Below are positions 12,401-25,280 of a stretch of 64,000 nucleotides of DNA, piece by piece (the first letter of the stretch is position 1; the number at the start of each line of letters is the position of its first letter). This stretch comes from Basidiobolus meristosporus CBS 931.73 (taxonomy: Eukaryota; Fungi; Basidiobolomycota). The stretch lies in contig MCFE01000284.1 of the NCBI GenBank assembly GCA_002104905.1, positions 1 to 64,000 of the forward strand, written 5' to 3'. A program made the translations under genes and the position numbers. The notes beneath the pieces were generated by a model. It was not told where the DNA came from and searched no databases. It was given only the letters and a program-made list of their open reading frames with translations.

Positions 12401-13873
12401 GCCTGGATGCAATATGTAAGTTACACAATGTATATAGACACCTTGGAATTGAAGGAACCTATAGCCTTGTCAAAGCCAGAGCATGGTGGCTCAGAATGAA
12501 ACATGACATTGAGAAGCTAGTGAAAATATGCCCAAATTGCCAAATCAACCAAGGCCCACCACAGAGAATTGCTGTACACTTTTCCTTGGAGCCTGTAAGA
12601 CCATTTGAAAGATGGGGAATTGACTTTATTGGAAGACTGCCAACTACCAGGAAATGCAACCATTGGATCCTAGTAGCAATTGACCATGCCACCAAATGGT
12701 CAGTTGCTAAAGCTGTACCTATAGCCAGTGAACAAGAAGTTGCAAGCTTCATCTACCAGGAGATCCTTATGAAGTTTGAGTGCCCTGTAGAGATTCAATC
12801 CATTAGAGGTGCAAACTATATTGCAAACACATTAGAAGCTTACCCAGAAATGCAGCAGATCAAACACTTGAAAACCTTGGCATATCACCCCAGAACTAAT
12901 GGAGTCACTGAATAGTTTAATGGATTATTTGTAAAATGCTGACCAAGTATGCAAAAGGAGTTGTCAGTAGATGGGATGATTATATAGTCCAAGCACTCTT
13001 CACATGCAGAGTCAGAGTGCATGACACCACCCAACAATTGGCATATTACTTAACATATGGATGTGAGCCAAGGATTCCAGGAGATCTTACACAACCAAAG
13101 CTTACAGACACCTTGGAAGATGAACTTGGTCAGCCAAGTGGACACCAGCAGCTGGAACAAATACATCAAGAGGCACAGACCAAAGTATCTCAAAGTGCAC
13201 AAAAGATGAAGCAGACATTTGATAAGACTATACCACCAGAAGCATTGACAGTTGGGGACTTTATATTGCTAAGAAACAACACTTGGAAGAAGTCTGAGCC
13301 ACAATGGACTGGACCATTAAAGATCATCAGAGAATGTCTATTTGCAACTTACCAACTAGTGGACAAACCAGGCAATATCCAGGAAGACTTAGTGCATAGA
13401 GACAGACCCAAGCTTGCAAGGCTTGCTGATAATACTGAACCATCAAGATATTGGTATCACAAGAAAGAGACTCAGGAGAACTATCTCAACTTAAGTAGGA
13501 GAGAATGTTATGATCTACCACTTGAATGCTCAAGTTACATCAGTTTTTAGTCAAATCAACTAGTTACATGGTTGGTCTATCAGTATATCAGTATTATCTA
13601 TCAAATTAGTAGCATCAGTTGGCAAATGAATCAGCAGATCCTTATCAGACAGATATAGATATATTAAGTAGGATCTAATTGGGTAATGATGATGCAATCA
13701 AATGAGGTGTCAGCTGCATCTTACATTAGGAAATAGAATTAGTCAGTAGTTGATCTGGCAAAATGTATATAAGGAGCTGCTGGAACTTCAAGAAAATTAG
13801 TTCAAGTTTTGGTGAATACAATACTAGCCAAACTCCCTATTCCTCTACAACTCTTAAACCAAGACTTGTAACA
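9457..13873 (+). mobile_element. Ty3/gypsy element G1, two LTRs, decayed
   Basis: LTRs at 9457-9824 and 13506-13873 (368 bp each). PBS TGGTAGCAG at 9826-9834; purine tract before 13506; flanks ACAC/ACGC. Gag with CCHC (CFNCHQQGHIAEYC), RT (FGLTNAPATF, YLDDIL), RNase H (TDHASL), integrase (WGIDFIG, YHPRTNG) and a WTGP C-terminal motif. Most of the protease is deleted near 10880. Confidence 0.93.
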
Positions 13874-14199
13874 ACGCTTGTTGAATTGAGGAATATTCTG
13901 GGGTGGAATGTATGAATGGTATTCAAGGAGGTGGAGAAAGGATATACCGTTTTTTTTATTTCAACAATATAACAGCAGTACAGCAGCCCACAGCTAGTCA
14001 TATGAATGCTAACATACCAACTTACTAAGTGGTATTACTTTCCTCTACCTCCCCTTGGGCCGTTGATAAGTCTAATATAGGTGGTGATGATGTCCTAATG
14101 GCCACTTGCAGGTCCTCAATTGATGGTAATATGTTTACTACATCTTCATCTGCGTGAGCATTATGACCAGCTTGGGGCTCTGCAAAGATTCTGCTTTTC

Positions 14200-15200
14200 C
14201 TACCTGAATGAGAGCCTGAGGAGTCCACTTTGCTACATCTAGTTGGCACACTGTCAACATGGCCTTTTTGGATGTATACTTGCTTATATTGCTGAAAGTC
14301 AAAGCAAACAATTATCCAGCCATTCTTCTGCTGCTGTCAGCAGTGGGGTTTAGTAGGGAACCAGGCAACTGTGCTTTATTTGTTGGTGGAATATATGTAA
14401 GTGAGTCAAACAAAAGGGGAGTAGTACTACATATAGTATGTATTTGGTGCTGCAGCTTGATTTATGATGTTTACTATGGCAGGACATCATTGAGTCGTAT
14501 ATACATGTAGATTCAATGATCCTATGCAAGATTGTCTTAAAATCACTTGAGTATTGACAAAAAAGTGTTACAATGGAGATATGCTGTTGAGTGTCAAGAT
14601 GCTTGCCCATGAAATAGAAGACTTTGATTCTAAGCTACAAGAGAAGAAAATACAGATCATATGGCTACTGTAATAAGCATATCAGCCATGTAGCACACAG
14701 ATAGCATAGGAAATATACAAGAATTACAGCCAGAATTTTGCCACAGAAGTCATATTTGACCAATCATCAATTACTAGTGCATCAACAATATCTTGTAGGC
14801 CACTTGATACTTCTATAGCCACACCTAGCTGATTCAGGTGAGCTTATAACACCATTAGGCTAACCATGGCCTTCAGAATATTGCACACTGAGTGATAGCT
14901 CTGAAGAAGAAGGCTTACTGATAGATTATTGGCCTCTCTCCCCTAGCAAAATACCCTGCATGTGACTGGTAAAGACAAAATAGGCAATAAGACCACCGTA
15001 GCTAGAGAGGTGGTGCATTTCCACTATTATTGATAATGAGGACTTGGAGGATTTACTACTACTTTTGCCAATTTCACATCACACAATGCCACCAATGAAT
15101 GGTGTACAACTTGTTAGGTACTCATTACCACAGGAGGAGAATATTATCTGCACCAGATATATCCAGGAATATCAATCTGAAGAACCCAAAGCAGTCTAAT
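14200..15200 (-). pseudogene. Degenerate ORF, possibly a DNA-transposon transposase remnant
   Basis: One long minus frame with scattered stops (..LQSYHSVCNILKAMVSL..SVAKFWL*FLYISYAICVLH..MICIFFS..). The resemblance to a transposase is by eye only. Confidence 0.25.
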
Positions 15201-15749
15201 AAGTATGACAAAGCTATGGAGTACAACCCCTTGTACGCATGAAATGCAAGTATTTCCAATGTATTCAATGGCAAGCATTGTGCTTATAGAAATGTGTCAT
15301 TTACAGCATGTGTGTGTATTTGTAGAGATTTGTAAGCTAGAGGCCTTTTTTTTATTCAAGCTATTTGTGCAAAACCAAAGGCAGCAGTAGATAAGCAAAA
15401 AGTAAGCAGCCATTGTACAGTTATAATACAAATGGTGCAAGGGGAGGTAGTGTAATAAAATACCATTTGAGGTGTTGATAGGGTGGCATTGCACAGACAT
15501 AGCTGTTGGCTGCTGTACAGCTCAAACAATGCCAACTGAGGTTTGCAATGAGGCTGTCAGACCACCATCAAGTCTGTTACCACATAAGGTAATTAAGTGT
15601 ATTGGTAGGTTGGCTTTGCTAAACCCAAAGTAGAGGGCTTTGTGACAATTAGAATGACATGCAATGCTTGTCAAAAGACCACTAAAACACCACTAGGTAT
15701 TAAGCTATATTTTGGCAGTAAAATCAGTAAACATCTGACACCATCCTGT

Positions 15750-16141
15750 AATAGGTTTGTTATGAGTTCAATAATTTCATGTTAATCCTGACAGTAGATC
15801 AAGATTGGATCCACTCATGGAACAAAATTCTCTTCATATGGCCCTAACTTTGCCTTTTCTGTTAGATCCATGATCCAATAATTAATTCTGTATGGTTAAG
15901 ATCAAAATTGCAATTTACTAAACATTAGCTACTAACACTGAAACTAATACAAAATTCTGTGGAGTGTTGTGAAGCCCTTCTTACTTAGTGTTACAGTTGT
16001 TTTACTTCCATAAAAGTATAAATACTGACCTTCTTTATGAATAAACAATAGTTCCACTATTGTCATTATTTCTTGATAAGTTCCTTATATCCAAATAATC
16101 ACTAAATTATAACAATTTACGCACCTGAAAAACATGGCAGA
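15750..16141 (+). mobile_element. Older family 1 LTR plus the start of an integrase fragment (host of copy B)
   Basis: The 3' half of the LTR is recognisable at 15960-16113. It is followed by FTHLKNMAE.., which continues after 25285. Confidence 0.7.
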
Positions 16142-19100
16142 TTTTAAAAATATTGGACTATTTGGTATCATTCTGCAGCTAAAAATTTACTTGACAATTC
16201 TGGACTAGTCTTGGTCACTCTGGGACTAACTTACGGCTCTAACTTTGCCACTTTCCTCAAAACTATGATCTTATGATTATTCCCCCATAGTCAGATCAAA
16301 TAAGCACTAATACTAACTATCATGTACTAAATGTGAAACTGTTACAGAATGCTCCTGAACATTGAGAAACCCTCCTTGCTTAATGTCTCAATGGAGACAC
16401 TTGCAGAAGAACTTTACAGTATTAATGCTGATGTAGATGATGAAGAAAAGATACCCTGTCTGCTTTGCAGCCTACCAGACAAGTATGAGCCACTCATACT
16501 TTCTTTTGAAAGCAGAGAAGACAACTTGACTTTAGACTATGTCAAAGGAAGACTTTGCCATGAAGAACTCAGATGTAATGATCAAGCTGAGAAAATCAAA
16601 GATAATGCTTTATTCAGTTCAGAAAGGCACACAGAAAACAAGGGAAAACAACAGAACCAAAGAAAACCTGGTTGCTGCAACTATTGTAAAAAGCCAGGAC
16701 ACTGGGCAAAAGAATGCAAGTAGAAACAAGCGGACAAAAAACCAAAACTAGAGCAGGTAAACCATATAACTACTGATGAACAGTTTTTTGTAACCATACA
16801 AGAGAGTGCAAATAACCAAAGTAATGAATGGTAAATTGACTCTGGAGCTTCACAGCATATTGGTGGTAGAAAGGAGTGGTTCAGCAACTTAAAAACTATT
16901 CCTGTAAGAAAGGTGTATCTAGGAGATAACTCTGCATTGGAAGCTACAGCAAGTGGGTTTACACAACTTAATATGAGCAATAGCTCAGGGGCAACTACAG
17001 CAAGACTAACTGACATACTCTCTGTACCTGGAATAGCTATGAACTTACTCTCTTACTTACTCTCAATCAGTAAAGCAACTGCTCAGGGACTGAAATTTGC
17101 TTTTACTAAGATGAGCTGCTCAATATTGAGTGAGAATGGACAAAATTAGCTTTGGGAATCAGAGATCACAATATACACAAGTTACAATGAAAGATCATTG
17201 TACCTGAGTATGCCAACACTGCTGGAACTGATGAAACCAGCTGGTAGATGTGGCATAGGAGGCTAGGACACATTAGGGAACTGAAAATGAGCCAATTGCT
17301 GAAAAATCAGCTTGTTTTGGGCCTAAAATACTCAATTCCAATCAAATTGAATGTTTGTAAGGGATATCATATAGCAAGCATGCTAGGCAATGTTTCAAGA
17401 GCACAGAAGGCAGTAATACCACCAAAATATTGGCTATTGTACACTCAGACATATGTGGCGCCATGAGAACACTGTCCTTTGGAGCCAAGAGATACTTTAT
17501 GACTTTTATTGATGGCAAAACAAGATATACATGGATGTACTTCCTCGAAACAAAGGATGAAGCATTAGAGACATTTAAGCACTTCAAGAAGATGGCAGAA
17601 AGACAAACTGGGTGTAAATTGAAGGTACTACAAAGTGACAATGGAGGAGAATACTGCGCAAAAGAGTTCGCAAAATACTGCTTGTCTACTGGTATACTTC
17701 AACAGACCACAGTTCCTCATACTCCATAGCAAAATTGAGTAGCAGAACGTGCATATAAAACAATAGTAGAGATGGGAAGATCTATGCTACATGATAAGGG
17801 AATGGATTACAGGTTTTGAGCTGAATCTGTTGCTTCTGCTGTATATATCAAGAACAGATGCCCAATAACAGCACTACATGATTCTACACTCTTTGAAGCA
17901 TATACAGGCAAAAAACCAGATCTCCAGCACCTCATGATCTTTGGCAGCGATGTTTTTTATCACATCTCTGACAAAGAACGCTCAAAGTTGGAACCAAAGA
18001 GTAGGAAAGGGATCTTTCTTGGGTATTGTGAAGATACTGAAGGGTATAGAGTGTATGATGGAAAAATTCAGAAGCTGATCCAGACCAGGGATGTTGTATT
18101 TGAGGAGAATTCAGATCAGAAAGCCACAGAAGTCATTGGCCAGCTGCCTGATGATGCAATCAACACTAATGAAGAAGATACATACCAAATCCAGCCAGAT
18201 ACAGATGATACTTCCACCAGTTCCAGATCAGAACGGATTATCCCAGTTAGAAGATCTACTAGAACAAGAAATGCCCCTAAATCCTGGTGGCAGACATCCA
18301 ATCATTGTGAAGAAGCCTATCTTGCCTTATATGCCAAACCTCAGAATCTGGAACAGGCAATGCAGAGTCCAGATGCTACTAAGTGGCAACAAGCCATGCA
18401 GGAGGAGTACCAATCACTGATCAAGGCAAAAATGTGGGAGCTAGTAGATTTACCAAACAGGAGAAAGCCAATAGGATGTAGATGGGTCTACAAGATCAAG
18501 ATAACCTCAAATGGTGCCGTTGATAAGTACAAGGCTAGATTGGTGGCTAAAGGCTATTCCCAGATCCAGGGACTAGACTGTAAAGAAACGTTTGCTCTGG
18601 TTGCCAAGTTTAACTCTATCAGGACAGTTCTAGCCCTGGCAGCTGTACACAGTCTAGATCTACACCAAATGGATGTCAAAACAGACCTTGTAAATGGGCA
18701 TTTGGAAGCAACTATATATATGGAGCAACCAGAAGGCTTTACCAATCCAAAAGTACCCTACGAGGTGTGCAAACTTAGAAAATTGTTGCATGGGCTTAGG
18801 CAGGCACCCAGAGCATGGTATAACAAGTTCAACACATATCTAGAGGAAAATGGGTTCTCTTGCAGCACTGCAGATCATAGTATATATGTGAAACAGCTCA
18901 AAAAGGGTGATATCATCCTAGTTCTTTATGTGGACAACCTAATTACAGCTTGAAGTGACCAAGAGGCACTTATAAAGACAACATCAGAACTCTTCAGCAA
19001 GTTTGAGATGGAAGATCTTGGAAAATTGAGCTATTTTCTTGGAATCAAGGTCAAATTTGACATACCTACGCAGAAAATTGTGCTGAACCAGTCTAAGTAC

Positions 19101-22100
19101 ATCAGGGACATTCTTAGACGCTTCAAAATGGAAAATTGCAAACCTGCAGCTACCCCTATGGACAATAACCTAAAGTTGAGCAAATCTCAGCTAGTTATAG
19201 ATAGAAACAGCTCAAATATGGACCAAAACTTTCCCTATCAATCAAGGGTTGGTATCCTAATGTACTTGATGGTGTCTACACATCCGGATATTGCAGTGGC
19301 AGCTGGAATAGTCAGTCAGTTCATGCAGAATTATGGATCAGATCAAATTGCAGCAGTTAAGCGGATTTTCAGATATCTATAAGGTACCACAAATATGGTA
19401 CTGGAATACTCTGGAGCAGCTAATAGGCAAAAGTTTGATGGTTATAGTGATTCAGATTGGGGTAGGGATCTGATTGACAGACGCTCTACCACAGGCTATG
19501 TATTTCTTTATGCTGGTGCAGCTATTACTTGCAATTGCAAGAAACAACCAACTGTGGCCCTATCTAGAACTGAAGCCAAATATATGGCTGCATGTCAAGC
19601 AACTAGGGAGGCTATATGGCTACAAAAGTTATTCAAAGACTTAGGTTTTAATTCAGATGAACCAACATGTATTTACAAGGATAACCAAAGTTGCATTTCA
19701 TTAGCTGGAAATCCTACTAATCATGCCAGAACTAAGCACATTGATATACATCATCACTTTGTGAGGGAAGCTGTAGAAAATAACTTAGTAGAGTTAGTGT
19801 ACTGCCCAACTAACAAAATGGTGGCAGACATATTGACAAAACAACTAGCTTGGCCACAGTTTGAGAATTTCATTGAAGAATTAGGATTAAGAAATTATTT
19901 AGTCGAGGGGGAGTGTTGAAATATTGGACTATTTGGTATCATTCTGCAGCTAAAAATTTACTGAACAATTCTGGACTAGTCCTGGTTGCTGTGGGACTAA
20001 TTTACCGCTCTAACTTCACCACTTTCTTCAGATCTATGATCTTATGATTATTCTGTTGCAATTTAAGAAGTGATTTGGATATAAGGAACTTATCAAGAAA
20101 TAGTGATAATGGTTCAACTGTTGTTTATTCATAAAGAAGCTCAGTATTTATACCTTTGTAGAAGTAATGCAGCTGTAACACTAAGTAGGGAGGGTTTCTC
20201 AATATTCAGGAGCATTCTGTAACAGTTTCAAGGTTAGTACATAATGTTTGGTAATAGTGCTAATTTGATCCTGACTATAGGGGAATAATCATAAGATCAT
20301 ATATCTGGAGAAAGTGGCAAAGTTAAGGCAGTAAATGAGTCCTACAGTGACTAAGACTAGTCTAGAGTTGTTAAGTAAATTTTTAGCTGCTGAATGATAC
20401 CAAATAGTCCAATATTTCAACACTCCCCCTCAACTAAGTAATTTCTTAATCCTAATTCTTCTATGAAATTCTCAAACTGTGGCCAAGCTAGTTGTTTTGT
20501 CAATATGTCTGCCACCATTTTGTTAGTTGGGCAGTACACTAACTCTACTAAGTTATTTTCTACAGCTTCCCTCACAAAGTGATGATGTATATCAATGTGC
20601 TTAGTTCTGGCATGATTAGTAGGATTTCCAGCTAATGAAATGCAACTTTGGTTATCCTTGTAAATACATGTTGGTTCATCTGAATTAAAACCTAAGTCTT
20701 TGAATAACTTTTGTAGCCATATAGCCTCCCTAGTTGCTTGACATGCAGCCATATATTTGGCTTCAGTTCTAGATAGGGCCACAGTTGGTTGTTTCTTGCA
20801 ATTGCATGTAATAGCTGCACCAGCATAAAGATATACATAGCCTGTGGTAGAGCGTCTGTCAATCAGATCCCTACCCCAATCTGAATCACTATAACCATCA
20901 TATTTTTGCCTATTGGCTGCTCCAGAGTATTCCAGTACCATATATATGGTACCTTGTAGATATCTGAATATCCGCTTAACTGCTGTAATTTGATCTCATC
21001 CATGGTTCTGCATGAACTGACTGACTATTCCAACTGTCACTGCAATATCTGGACATGTAGACACCATCAAGTACATTAGGCTACCAACCATTGATTGATA
21101 GGGAAGGTTTTGGTCCATATTTGAGCCATTTTCATCTATAGCTGACTGAGATTTGCTTAATTTCAGGTTGTTGTCCATAGGGGTTGCTGCAAGTTTGCAA
21201 TTTTCCATTTTGAAGCGTCTAAGAATGTCCCTAATGTACTTAGATTGATTCAGCACAATTTTCTGTGTAGGTATGTCAAATCTGACCTTGATTCCAAGAA
21301 AATAGCTCAATTTTCCAAGATCTTTCATCTCAAACTTGCTGAAGAGATCTGATTTTGTCTTTATAAGTGCCTCTTGGTGACTTGAAGCTATAATTAGGTT
21401 GACCACATAAAGAACTAGGATGATATCACCCTTTTTGAGCTGTTTCACATATATACTGTGATATGCAGTGCTACAAGAGAACCCAATTTCCTCTAGATAT
21501 GTGTCAATCTTAGGGTGCCTGCTTAAGCCCATACAACAATTTTCTAAGTTTGCACACTTTATGGGGGCCTTTTGGATTGGTAAAACCTTCTGGTTGCTCC
21601 ATATATATAGTTTCTTGCAAATGCCCATTTACAAAGGCTGTTTTGACATCCATCTGGTGTAGATCTAGACTGTGTACAGCTGCCAGGGCTAGAACTGTCC
21701 TGATAGAGTTAAACTTGGCAACCAGAGCAAACGTTTCTTTACAGTCTAGTCCCTGGATCTGGGAATAGCCTTTAGCCACCAATCTAGCCTTGTACTTATC
21801 AACGGCACCATTTGAGGTTATCTTGATCTTGTAGACCCATCTACATCCTATTGGCTTTCTCCTGTTTGGTAAATCTACTAGTTCCCACATTTTTGCCTTG
21901 ATCAGTGATTGGTACTCCTCCTGCATGGCTTGTTGCCACTTAGTAGCATCTGGACTCTGCATTGCCTGCTCCAGATTCTGGGCTTTGGCACATAAGGCAA
22001 GATAAGCTTCTTCATGATCATTGGATGTCTGCCACCAGGATCCAGGGGCATATCTTATTCTAGTAGATCTTCTAACTGGGATAATCCGTTCTGATCTGGA

Positions 22101-24088
22101 ACTGGTAGAAGTATCTTCTGTATCTGGCTGGATTTGATATGTATCTTCTTCATTAGTGTTGATTGCATCATCAGGCAGCTGACCAATGATTTCTGTGGCT
22201 TTCTGATCTGAATTCTCCTCAAATACAACATCCATGCTCTTGATCAGCTTCTGAATCTTGCCATCATACACTCTATACCCTTTAGTATCTTCACAATACC
22301 CAAGAAAGATCCCTTTCCTACTCTTTGGTTCCAACTTTGAGCGTTTTTTGTCAGGGATGTGATAAAAAACATCACTGCCCAAGATTGTGAGGTGCGGGAG
22401 ATCTGGTTTTTTACCTGTATATGCTTCAAAGGGTGTAGAATCACGTAGTGCTGTTGTTGGGCATCTGTTCTTGATGTATACAGCGGTAGCAACAGATTTA
22501 GCCCAGAACTTGTAGTCCATTCCCTTATCATGTAGCATAGATCTTCCCATCTCTACTATTGTTATATTTGCACATTCTGCTGCTCCATTATGCTATGGAG
22601 TATGAGTAACTGTGGTCTGTTGAAGTATACCAGTAGACAAGCAGTATCTTGCAAACTTCTTTGAGCAGTATTCTGCTCCGTTGTCACTTTGTAGTACCTT
22701 CAATTTACACCCAGTTTGTGTTTCTGCCATGTTCTTGAAGTGCTTATACATCTCTAAAGCCTCATTCTTTGTTTTGAAGAAGTACACCCATGTATATCTT
22801 GTCTTGTTGTCAATAAACGTCATAAAGTATCTCTTGGATCCAAAGGACAGTGTTCTCATGCGGCCACATATGTCTTAATGTACAACAGCCAATATTTTGG
22901 TGGTATTGATGCCTTCTGAGCCCTTGAAACATTGCCTAGCTTGTTTGCCATATGAACATCCCTTACAAACATTCAATTTGATTAGAATTGAGTATTTTAG
23001 GCCCAAAACATGCTGATTTTTCACCAATTGGCTCATTTTCTGTTCTCCAATGCGTCCTAGCCTCCTATGCCATGTCTCCCAGTTGGTTTCATCAGTTTCA
23101 GCAATGTTGACATACTCAGGTACAATGATCTTGCATTGTAGCTTGTACATATTGTGATCTCTGATTCCCAAAGCTATTTTTTGTCTATTTTCAGTCAATA
23201 TTGAGCAGCTCAGCTTAGTAAAAACAAATTTCAGTCCCTGAGTAGTTGCTTTACTGACTGGGAGTAGGTTCTCAGCTATTCCAGGTACATAGAGTATGTC
23301 AGTCAGTTTTGCTGTTGTTGCCCCTGAGTTATCACTCATATTTAGTTGTATAGACCCACTGGCAGTAGCTTCCAATGCAGAGTTATCTCCCAGATAAACC
23401 TCTCTTACGGGAATAGTCTTCAAGTTGCTGAACCAATCCTTTATACCACAAATATGCTGTGATGCTCCAGAGTCAATATACCATTCATTACTCTGGTTAC
23501 TTGCACTCTCTTGTACAGTTACAAATAACTGTTCATCAGTAGTTGTATGGTTTGCTTGCTCTAGTTTCTGTTTTTTGTCTGCTTGCTTCTTCTTGCATTC
23601 TCTTGCCCAGTGTCCTGGCTTTTTACAGTAGTTACAGCAGCCAGGTTTTCTTTGGTTTTGTTGTTTTCCCTTCTTTTCTGAGTGCCTTTCTGAACTGAAT
23701 AAAACATTATCATCAATTTTCTCTGCTTGATCATTATGTCTGAGTTCTTCATGGAGAAGTCTTAAGTGGCTCATACATGTCTGGTAGGCTGCAAAGCAGA
23801 CTGAGTATCTTTTCTTCATCATCTACACCAGCATTAATACTGTAAAGTTCTTCTGCAAATGTCTCCATTCTGGTAATGAGTTGTAGCATGTCATCATCTG
23901 GCTTCTTCCTCATGTTGAAGAACTTTTGTTTCAAATAAAGCTTGCTTGATACTGACTTTGATCTAAAGATCTTGTCTAAGGATTCCCATGCTGCTTTGGC
24001 AGTATTTGAGGCATGGATTTGACCAATGAAGGAGTCTTGCACATTGATGCATATGGCATTGAAGGCCTTTCTCTCCTTCTCTTGAAAC

Positions 24089-24457
24089 TGTTGAAATATT
24101 GGACTATTTGGTATCATTCAGCAGCTAATAATTTACTTAACAATTCTAGGCTAGTCTTAGTCACTGTAGGACTCATTTACTGCCTTAACTTCGCCACTTT
24201 CTCCAGATATATGATCTTATGATTATTCCCCTATAGTCAGGATCAAATTAGCACTATTACCAAACATTATGTACTAACCCTGAAACTGTTACAGAATGCT
24301 CCTGAATATTGAGAAACCCTCCCTACTTAGTGTTGCAGCTGTATTACTTCTACAAAGGTATAAATACTGAGCTTCTTTATGAATAAACAACAGTTCAACT
24401 ATTATCACTATTTCTTGATAAGTTCCTTATATCCAAATCACTTCTTAAATTGCAACA
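24089..24457 (+). mobile_element. Family 1 solo LTR D inserted antisense in the gag of copy C
   Basis: 369 bp, TG..CA, TSD GAAAC at 24084-24088 and 24458-24462. Removing it restores gag EDVEKF|QEKERKAF. Confidence 0.96.
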
Positions 24458-24665
24458 GAAACTTCTCCACATCTTCTGCTCTTTCTTTGGGCTCAACTTC
24501 CTTTCCTGTTACTATGTTCCAAAGCTTTCTTTCCTCAAGGTGGATCTGCATCTTGATTCTCCAAAGTCTGTAGTTCTTCCCATCAAACCTCACCTTTACA
24601 GGGAAGATGTTGGTATTGCTTTGTTTGCTGGTAGAAGTCATCTTTTGAATAGATTAAGGCAATTG

Positions 24666-24677
24666 GGGCTCATAACC
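24666..24677 (-). promoter_or_regulatory. Primer-binding site GGTTATGAGCCC (anticodon arm of initiator tRNA-Met; half-tRNA priming)
   Basis: Directly abuts the 5' LTR end (..GCAACA|GGTTATGAGCCC). The same motif occurs at 40223-40234, with variants at 36946, 49211 and 50771. Confidence 0.85.
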
Positions 24678-25280
24678 TGTTGCAATTTAAGAAGTGATTT
24701 GGATATAAGGAACTTATCAAGAAATAGTGATAATAGTTGAACTGTTGTTTATTCATAAAGAAGCTCAGTATTTATACCTTTGTAGAAGTAATATAGCTGT
24801 AACACTAAGTAGGGAGGGTTTCTCATTATTCCGGAGCATTCTGTAACAGTCTCTGGGTTAGTACATAATGTTTGGTAATAGTGCTAATTTGATCCTGACT
24901 ATAGGGGAATAATCATAAGATCATATATCTGGAGAAAGTGGCAAAGTTAAGGCAGTAAATGTGTCCTACAGTGACTAAGACTAGTCTAAAGTTGTTAAGT
25001 AAATTTTTAGCTGCTGAATGATACCAAATAGTCCAATATTTCAACATATTCCCCTAAAGTCAGAATCAAATTAGCACTAATACTAACTATTATGTACTAA
25101 CCCTGAAACTGTTACACAATGCTCCTGAATAGTGAGAAACCCTCCTTACTTAGTGTTGTAGCTGTGTTACTTCTACAAAGGTATAAATACTGAGCTTCTT
25201 TATTAATAAACAACAGTTCAACTATTATCACTATTTCTTGATAAGTTCCTTATATCCAAATCACTTCTTAAATTGCAACA

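Larger units (their letters stand above)
20054..25046 (-). mobile_element. Copia family 1, copy C, structurally full length, inserted antisense in the 3' LTR of copy B
   Basis: TSD TATTC at 20049-20053 and 25047-25051. LTRs 20054-20422 and 24678-25046 differ at about 11 of 369 positions by my count. PBS at 24666-24677. Gag starts MTSTSKQSNTNIFP; pol fragments lie at 20417-23822. Confidence 0.96.
16142..25280 (+). mobile_element. Copia family 1, copy B (3' LTR split by copy C)
   Basis: TSD GCAGA at 16137-16141 and 25281-25285. Truncated 5' LTR is fused to gag; gag-pol fragments span 16349-19919; PPT ends at 19913. The 3' LTR is 19914-20053 plus 25052-25280 (140+229=369 bp). Confidence 0.93.

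Noticed and set aside
24108-24118. TGGTATCA inside the family 1 LTR as a primer-binding site
   Set aside because: It lies ~20 bp inside U3 in every LTR, not after the 5' LTR. The real PBS is at 24666-24677.
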